Shown here in pieces: positions 56,820-64,000 of a DNA stretch of 64,000 nt. The DNA is from Mayamaea pseudoterrestris (taxonomy: Eukaryota), in assembly GCA_027923505.1 (NCBI GenBank), contig BROI01000035.1, positions 62,001 through 126,000 of the forward strand, given 5' to 3'. The notes under the pieces are model-generated. The model was not told where the DNA came from, made no database searches, and saw only the letters and a list, made by a program, of their open reading frames with translations. Each line of letters opens with the position of its first letter. The stretch's first letter is position 1. The translations under genes and the position numbers were made by a program.

Positions 56820-58367
56820 CTACACATCTTTGCCAACGTCATCCTCCGTGTCATCGTCAGCAAGACTAAACTTGAAGAATCGATCATTTGCTCGTTCCAA
56901 GAGTCGATTAAACTTGACAGGTAATTCAACTTCGGCTGCAACAATGATTCGTCCACTCTCGTCCTCGTACACTTCATGCTGGCCAACCGTGTCATTTCTC
57001 GTGCAGCTTGCGCACTTGTCTCCTAGTGTATTCCAGACGATGCGACCTATTTCCGTATTATAAAATGGATGCTCTAGCTTGACGCGAGTCGACGTTAGAA
57101 AGAGTCCTTGGCCTCGGAATTTCATTGCTTCTGGCGCATTGCCATCATATGTTGAATCACCCACCAATGTTCGCTCACAGACCCAAGCAATGTGCCGTCG
57201 TAATTGGTGATATCGGCCAGTCTTTGGCTTAAGCTCTACCAATGACAAGCACCCGTCCCTAGCGTGCAGACTTTGTACTTGTTTGATTACGCGGAAGATA
57301 GTGGTAGCATTCTTGTAGACGCGGGTTTGTTGGTCTTGAAGGGAATGTTCGATCTTATACCATGGATGAATTTGGTCTGACGGATCCACATCGACACCAA
57401 CCTCATGAAAGGCATCCTCGGCTGATATTTTTGCAAGCGACTCGGTCCATTCGTCAAGCGGTGGTGGCACTAAACCATTAACGACGGCCATGTACGTCTT
57501 TTGAATCACTCGATCGTGAAATTGTCGCGACAAGTCCACCATTGCTGGTCTGGTTTTTGTCGCAATCAGCAGTCCACTCGTCGGCTTGTCCAGTCGGTGA
57601 ACTGCTAGTGGGCGTCTCATAGCCTCCAATGTACCAAGCTTTGGTGGAATGAGCGACCATGGCAGTACCGCCTGCACGGACGGGCACTTAGATTTGTAAT
57701 TCTTAAAGACAGTGTATCCTGCAGGTTTGTAGACAATAGCAAAATGGTCGTCCTCGTAAACAACGGATAAAAGCGGGTTGGATTGCGCGTGATGAGTTTG
57801 TGTGTAAAATCCTGGGGCTACGCGGACTTGCCGAGCAATTGCATCACCTGCGTACACTCGGTCGCCAACGAGTGCCTTGGTTGCGTTTATAAAAGACGAA
57901 GCGTCGTCACCATCATATTGGTCGCGTCGTAGAACCGCAATGAACCCTTTTCGACAAACTTTCCTCGCTTTGGATTGACTTGGATAGAGCTCTGGATCAA
58001 GCATCATGAGAGCAGTGGGAACAGACATGTTGTTTGGAGTCAAGTTTTTCTTTTGAATATCATCCGACGAAAAGACGGACTCCAAATCGTCAAAGGATGA
58101 GGGAACGTAATAAACCTTTGCAACGGCAAAATCGTCATAGGTTCCAGGTATCATTTCTGACAATGATGCATCATCATTCTTATCTTCTTGGGCATTCGTT
58201 GCTTGGCCGACGGCAGAACAAAGACACTGTCGGCATCGTTGTCGACGCTGCACTGTCAGAGGTCGGAAGTTGCAAATTCCATTGCTTCTAGTGCTTACTA
58301 TCCTTGATGTCCATGTATGTATAGCCAGGGGACTTGCCAGCCATATAATTAGAGGTAAACTTAGCAT
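56820..58367 (-). CDS. RluA/RluD-family pseudouridine synthase, probably organelle-targeted
   Basis: VVYEDDHFAIVYKPAG, VHRLDKPTSGLLI, KTYMAVV, KTGRYHQLRRH, LVGDSTY. Confidence 0.92.
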   Translation of the reverse strand: MLSLPLIIWLASPLAIHTWTSRIVSTRSNGICNFRPLTVQRRQRCRQCLCSAVGQATNAQEDKNDDASLSEMIPGTYDDFAVAKVYYVPSSFDDLESVFSSDDIQKKNLTPNNMSVPTALMMLDPELYPSQSKARKVCRKGFIAVLRRDQYDGDDASSFINATKALVGDRVYAGDAIARQVRVAPGFYTQTHHAQSNPLLSVVYEDDHFAIVYKPAGYTVFKNYKSKCPSVQAVLPWSLIPPKLGTLEAMRRPLAVHRLDKPTSGLLIATKTRPAMVDLSRQFHDRVIQKTYMAVVNGLVPPPLDEWTESLAKISAEDAFHEVGVDVDPSDQIHPWYKIEHSLQDQQTRVYKNATTIFRVIKQVQSLHARDGCLSLVELKPKTGRYHQLRRHIAWVCERTLVGDSTYDGNAPEAMKFRGQGLFLTSTRVKLEHPFYNTEIGRIVWNTLGDKCASCTRNDTVGQHEVYEDESGRIIVAAEVELPVKFNRLLERANDRFFKFSLADDDTEDDVGKDV

Positions 58368-58886
58368 AATTTCGCAGTGAGTTGCGAACGAAATTCCATG
58401 GTCGGCGAACGAGCATGTTCATAACCGGTCCGACTTACTTTTCTTTCAGCTGTTTTAAGCACGTCACCAAGGCAACTGTGAGTGGACAGTGAATCGTGCG
58501 CGGTCGCCAGATTCGGGCCAACTTTGTCGACCTGGCGCAGCTGTGGAAAACGACTATGACTTTGATATATTTAATATCATGCGGCCACCAATCAAAAGCG
58601 GACAGCGTTAAAAGTAGGCGGAGTCGCAACAAGCGGCTCACAATGGCGTCCACACTCGTTGGGTCAGGTCTTTGCCTACCGGTACGAGTACACTTGCGAT
58701 TGACCAGTCCACCAAGCCGTCTTCGTTAATGGAAATGGGTGTACATTAAGCAAGTGCATTGACAGTGAGTGTTGAGGGAAACGCCAAGCGACGAGAAGCA
58801 TTAGCTGCACCAATTTTTCGACCGACTGCAATAATCAGTAAAGAACAGTCATCATCACAATACTCCTGCTGCCAGCGCCAATAAAC

Positions 58887-60449
58887 ATGCGGGTCAAAAT
58901 GGGTGGTAGCTCATCCACAGCAACGACGCTCGAAAATTCGAGTGGTGAAGATTCAATGAATGTGAGTCATTTGCCATTTTCACTTGGCGCTGCTGCTGCT
59001 GGTGAGCATCAATCATTTCTTGCAACGGAGGGTGACTACTACATTGACATCCATGGCTCAGTCGTTGCCCGCATCGCTGCTCGATTCGAGGCAGGTTTCG
59101 GCGGACAATATCCACCAAGCAGTTACTCTTTTCCGTCTTGTCTCAAGAAGGCGTCGTCATCGCCTGGTAACAAGAAGAAGTATGCCGTCTCCTTCTCAGA
59201 CGCACCTCAAGTGTTTGACGTCGAAAGATTTAACGATTCGTACTTTATCATTGACGACTATGATGACGACCATCATCATGACGACGATGATGAAGAAGAG
59301 GATAATGAAGCCAGGAGACCATCCGTATCACAATCGCACGAACGCTCACCAATAGCCCATGGCAAAGGGTATCTGCCCGACGACATGTTTACACCAGAGG
59401 AATCCTCTCCTCGCAAGCACATTTCAATGAGCAATCAGCAGCAGCTTTTTCTTCCCACGCCCCCCTTGATGGACGAGAAAGATAATGATCACATAAATGA
59501 ACTTGAAGAAATACATGATGACCAAGAGAACATGACTGACAGTGAAGAAGCTCGCCAGGAGTTTAGAAACGCCTCCACCATTCAACGCATTGTTCGAGGA
59601 TGGTACGAGCGAAAACACTTCTACGTCCTTTTGCTGCAATTCCGACTCGACACGATTGAACAACGTACGCTCGACGAAATCTCCGTAATTCAAAAGGACA
59701 TGCTGCATCAAAAACACTTGCTTAAAAAGCAGACGCGTCGCGATAGCCAGCAGACTCGCAAACGGTTTCAACAAACTAAAACTGTCGCTCGGGAATCCCA
59801 GCGTATAGTAGCCTTTTTGCGACAAGAGAATGAGCATTTGCGGGACAGGATAACCGAGTTTGAGGAAGGTAATTTCAATTTGGCGAAGCAAAATGAGCGA
59901 CTCGAACATGCCACGCAGCAGAGCGATGATGTGGTCAAGGCGCTTCACGATTATATTGCCAATCAAAAAATCACTCATGAACGACTAGTCCATGAGACTC
60001 TTCCCGATTACAAGGCCGCAATTGACGTTTTGCAGCAGGCATTACAGGAAAGGGAGTGGTACTGCTTGGCCGAAACGAAAATTAAATTGGGTTGCCGCAA
60101 AACCATAGCTTACATTGTCGACCGCATCAGCAACTGCGATGGAGACGATGAGTTAACGGAACTCATCATGGACTTGGCTCTTGATTGTGACAGTAGTCAA
60201 AGTATGAGTGACAGTACTACTTCCTGGAACGGACAAGGGTCATTTTCGCAAATGCTTGATCGCTGGGGTAGACGGTCACTGAGTCAGATGTCGCAGGAAT
60301 CACTTGCCAATGGACTAAGTGTTAGCGTAGGAGCTCTTCGCTTTGAGAGCGACTCGGACGATGAGGATGTTAAGCGGTATGCTGCGAGGAGCAATCGGAA
60401 TTGTGTTGGCGCGCCTGGTAGCGCTGCAATGACGAGCGTGACGGAATGA
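58887..60449 (+). CDS. IQ-motif coiled-coil protein
   Basis: ASTIQRIVRGWYERK followed by long heptad-rich region. Confidence 0.7.
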   Translation: MRVKMGGSSSTATTLENSSGEDSMNVSHLPFSLGAAAAGEHQSFLATEGDYYIDIHGSVVARIAARFEAGFGGQYPPSSYSFPSCLKKASSSPGNKKKYAVSFSDAPQVFDVERFNDSYFIIDDYDDDHHHDDDDEEEDNEARRPSVSQSHERSPIAHGKGYLPDDMFTPEESSPRKHISMSNQQQLFLPTPPLMDEKDNDHINELEEIHDDQENMTDSEEARQEFRNASTIQRIVRGWYERKHFYVLLLQFRLDTIEQRTLDEISVIQKDMLHQKHLLKKQTRRDSQQTRKRFQQTKTVARESQRIVAFLRQENEHLRDRITEFEEGNFNLAKQNERLEHATQQSDDVVKALHDYIANQKITHERLVHETLPDYKAAIDVLQQALQEREWYCLAETKIKLGCRKTIAYIVDRISNCDGDDELTELIMDLALDCDSSQSMSDSTTSWNGQGSFSQMLDRWGRRSLSQMSQESLANGLSVSVGALRFESDSDDEDVKRYAARSNRNCVGAPGSAAMTSVTE

Positions 60450-60879
60450 CGGAATTACAGAAACAACCGAATGCGTATTTGTTTTCGTTGGTATTAGCAT
60501 TTATTATATTAGGCGTTTCATAAGAGCCTCCTGTGTATATTCCAGTCGTATAAGTAGGCGGTTTGCGCCATGAGCTTCGACCGGGCCTTACGCAGCGCAG
60601 CAGTTCCACCGCTTGTTCGTTCAGCGAAAGGATGCAACATAGAAGCAAATGAAACTCTTCAAGCAAAATCGTGTATATACTAGCACTACAAGCTTGCGCA
60701 AATACGTAGGCTAGATTATACCTTTACGCGATCCTTGTTAGCACGGGCACCATAGTTGGCAGCCAAACAATTGGCATTGACGCCCTACCGGTACTCGGTG
60801 GGACATGATGACGGCATGTTATTGTTCGCCGCGTTTTGGTCGCCGTTCATTTCTTTGTTCTTTCGCCATTGACTCGACC

Positions 60880-63289
60880 ATGGCGACACTTGTACATTCA
60901 CTCGTCAAGCATCGACAAAGGCTTTTGTATAGGAACTTTCAGCCACTCGATTACTTGTGTACTACTCCTAATCGATTCTTTAGTAGTGATGGTAATCGAA
61001 AGCTTCGAAACATTGGAATCAGTGCGCACATTGACAGGTAGGCAAACAAGTAAAATCAACATAACGTTCTAACTTGAAACTCTATCATCTCACGCCTCGT
61101 CTTCCTTGTTAAATAGCGGCAAGACTACATTGACGGAGCGTATACTGTTTTATACTGGTCGCATCAATTCAATACATGACGTGCGCGGCAAGGACGGCGT
61201 CGGTGCAAAAATGGACTCGATGGATCTGGAGCGAGAAAAGGGAATCACTATTCAGAGTGCGGCAACCTTTTGTCAATGGAAGGATGCTCATATCAATATT
61301 ATTGAGTAAGTGCTTGTTGCATAGATGTACTACATGTCTGTTTGTTGCGACCTTAGCTTACACATGCTGACTCTCGTTACTCGCATGCAACAATCTAACC
61401 CAACTATCTGCAGCACTCCTGGGCACGTTGATTTTACCATAGAAGTCGAGCGAGCTCTTCGGGTTTTGGATGGCGGGATACTTGTTCTCTGCGGCGTTTC
61501 CGGAGTTCAGTCGCAGTCGCTCACGGTGGACCGCCAGATGAAACGATACAACGTTCCCCGCTTAGCTTTCGTCAACAAGCTTGATCGACAGGGATCCAAT
61601 CCAACAAAAGTTATTCAGCAGTTGCGAGACCAATTGAAACTTAATGCGGCAGCTGTACAGATACCAATTGGACTTGAGAACCATCACGTTGGTGTCATTG
61701 ACTTGATTGAGCAAACTGCCTATCACTTTGAGGGTGATCGAGGCGAAGTCATTAAGCAAGGTCCGATTCCAGATAACATGCTGGAAGAAGTTGCTAATAA
61801 GCGTATGGAGATACTGGAGCGATTAGCGGATGCGGATGATCAAATTGCTGAACTCTTCTTGATGGAAGAAATACCCGATGTTGAGACGTTGAAGGCTGGC
61901 ATACGGCGAGCCGTCATTTCATGCTCGTTCGTCCCCGTGTTCATGGGATCTGCATTTAAAAACAAGGGAGTGCAGCCACTTCTGGACGGAGTTGTGGACT
62001 ACTTGCCGGAACCGCATGAGAAACCTAGCTACGCGCTCGATCGCACCAAGGAAGAGGAGCCAATATTAGTCTCCGCCAAATCCACTGATCCCTTGCTCGC
62101 CTTGGCGTTCAAATTGGACGAAACGCCTTTTGGTCAGCTGACTTACATACGCATATATCAAGGTACTTTGAAGAAAGGCAACACAATTTACAATGTTACG
62201 GATGGTAAAAAGATTAAGCTTTCGCGTATCGTACGCATGCACTCGGACGATATGGAGGACATTATTGAGGCAGGCGCTGGCGAAGTCGTTGCAATTTTTG
62301 GAATTGATTGTCGATCAATGGACACGTTTTCGGACGGCAACATGAATCTTGCCATGAGCTCCATGTTTGTGCCAGAGCCAGTTATGAGCATTTCCATTAA
62401 ACCGGCCAAGACGACCATGCAGAACAATTTCGCCAAGGCACTTGGTAAATTTTCTAAGGAGGACCCCACTCTCCGTATCAAGGTGGACCCCGATACCAAG
62501 GAAACTATATTGAGTGGCATGGGTGAGCTGCATTTGGAAGTATACATCGAGCGAATGCTGCGCGAGTACAATGTCGAGTGCGTCACTGGTGCTCCCAATG
62601 TAAACTACAAGGAGACGATTGGCAGCAAACAAAAGTTTGATTGGCTTCACAAGAAGCAAACAGGTGGATCTGGGCAATACGCCAAGGTGATTGGATACAT
62701 TGAGCCGTTGAGCGAGGAGGATCGAAAGGAAGCTGGCAAGGTCAATGCGTTTGTTAACAAATGCATTGGCACAAATATTCCTCCCGAATACTACAGCTCG
62801 TGTGAGAAGGGAACTCAAGATGCATTCACGGAAGGAGCTCTGGTCGGTTGTGAAGTGGAAGGTGTCCGCGTCGTCCTAGAGGATGGAGCCGCTCACGCGG
62901 TCGATTCCAGTGATCAAGCGTTTCGAACCTGCATGGCAAACGCCATCCGCGATACCATGAAGAAGGCAAAGCCTTCTATCTTGGAGCCAGTCATGACAGT
63001 TGAGGTGCAGGTTCCCAGTGAATTCCAAGGGACTGTTGTTGCTGGCTTAAACAAGCGTATGGGAATGATCTTGTCAAGTGATGTCAATGACGATGGTTCC
63101 GGCATTACCATTCTAGCTGACATACCGTTAGCTAACATGTTTGGCTACTCGACGGAGATTCGAAGCCAAACCCAAGGCAAGGGCGAGTTTACAATGGAAT
63201 ACAAGAGGCATACACAAGTTCCTCGTAGCACGCAAGAGGAGTTGATGAAGAAGTACAAGGAAGAACGCGATAGCGAGAATGCTGCGTAG
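60880..63289 (+). CDS. GFM1: Mitochondrial elongation factor G1 (introns 61038-61116, 61306-61413)
   Basis: Basic presequence; [79 protein letters not shown]. Confidence 0.96.
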
Positions 63290-63499
63290 AGAGAATAATG
63301 TCGAAAGTATGTACGGGTTTTGAATGACTCTATATCTATGAGTATATATTATGGGTGCTGTAGTGTGATGGAAACTATCGGTACATACTACGACTCGTAC
63401 GTCGTACGTATGTGCTAGCAAGATAACGGTACCGATACGACAGTCATCGAGAAACGCCGACTTTCGCTCCACAGAAATTCATGTGGTAGCCTCATCACC

Positions 63500-64000
63500 A
63501 TGGCACATCACGCAGTCCAAAGCTTTACAATTCTCGCACTGTACGAATTTATAGATCCGAAACTAAATGATGAAGGAACTTTGGGACTAAAGAATGAGAT
63601 TGAAGTGTTTCTGCGCGGCCACAAGGCCCGTGGAGCAGTTCTCGTCTCGACGGAAGGAATTAACGGCACGATTTGCTACCATTCCTTTCAAGCAAATGGA
63701 GAGTTATATGACCGAGAAAAAGATGTTATATTGGGCTTCTTTCTAAAACTATTCTCGGGACTCCGGACTCGAGTATCATTTTGCGACTCAAATGTCTTTT
63801 TCCGTCTGCGGGTTCGAGTCAAGTCGGAGATTGTCACCATGGGAATGGAAAACGTTTGCCCTGCGCAAAAAGTGGGCGAATACGTTCCACCAGGTCCCGA
63901 ATGGGACAAGCTGCTTGAAGATCCAGATTGTCTTGTTATTGACACAAGAAACGATTATGAATATGGGATAGGAACATTCAAAAATGCAGTTAATCCAAAC
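63500..64000 (+). CDS. trhO: TrhO/YceA (UPF0176) rhodanese-domain protein, partial (runs off window)
   Basis: Manual translation: ILALYEF...GAVLVSTEGINGTI...FFRLRVRVKSEIVTMG...VGEYVPPGPEWDKLLEDPDCLVIDTRNDYEYGIGTFKNAVNP. Confidence 0.88.
   Translation, partial: MAHHAVQSFTILALYEFIDPKLNDEGTLGLKNEIEVFLRGHKARGAVLVSTEGINGTICYHSFQANGELYDREKDVILGFFLKLFSGLRTRVSFCDSNVFFRLRVRVKSEIVTMGMENVCPAQKVGEYVPPGPEWDKLLEDPDCLVIDTRNDYEYGIGTFKNAVNPN

Noticed and set aside
1..64000. Prokaryotic operon, defence system, autonomous transposon or RNA genes
   Set aside because: Spliceosomal introns and eukaryotic genes throughout; no transposase/RT/integrase motifs or tRNA/rRNA structure recognised by eye, though a covariance-model scan was not possible

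Overview
Gene-dense eukaryotic nuclear DNA with short GT-AG introns, most consistent with a pennate diatom (bipartite 'ASAFAP'-type plastid presequences, helicase-associated-domain protein, PSxxPS repeats); the species cannot be fixed from sequence alone. About 28 protein-coding loci are supported, including a mitochondrial-carrier-family protein with an apparent plastid presequence, PsbP-like, SIL1, TAF2, an ABCG half-transporter, Pumilio, a TRIC-like channel, two FYVE/ankyrin-like/RING paralogs, a head-to-head pair of uncharacterised paralogs, prefoldin 5, CK2 beta, plastid and mitochondrial EF-G, an MDR oxidoreductase, a PDI-like protein, an RluA pseudouridine synthase and a partial TrhO-like gene. 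No rRNA, tRNA or CRISPR array was seen. Most notable: (1) a 42-bp tandem-repeat family at three dispersed gene-proximal sites, carrying TGACG(T/C) in most units; (2) a phase-2 intron at the identical codon in plastid and mitochondrial EF-G; (3) a decayed EXD1/Egalitarian-like exonuclease-KH gene; (4) a mosaic partial duplicate of the FYVE gene 3' end inside a CpG-depleted repeat; (5) over-representation of the palindrome TACCGGTA in intergenic DNA. All family calls come from motif recognition by eye, not database searches.
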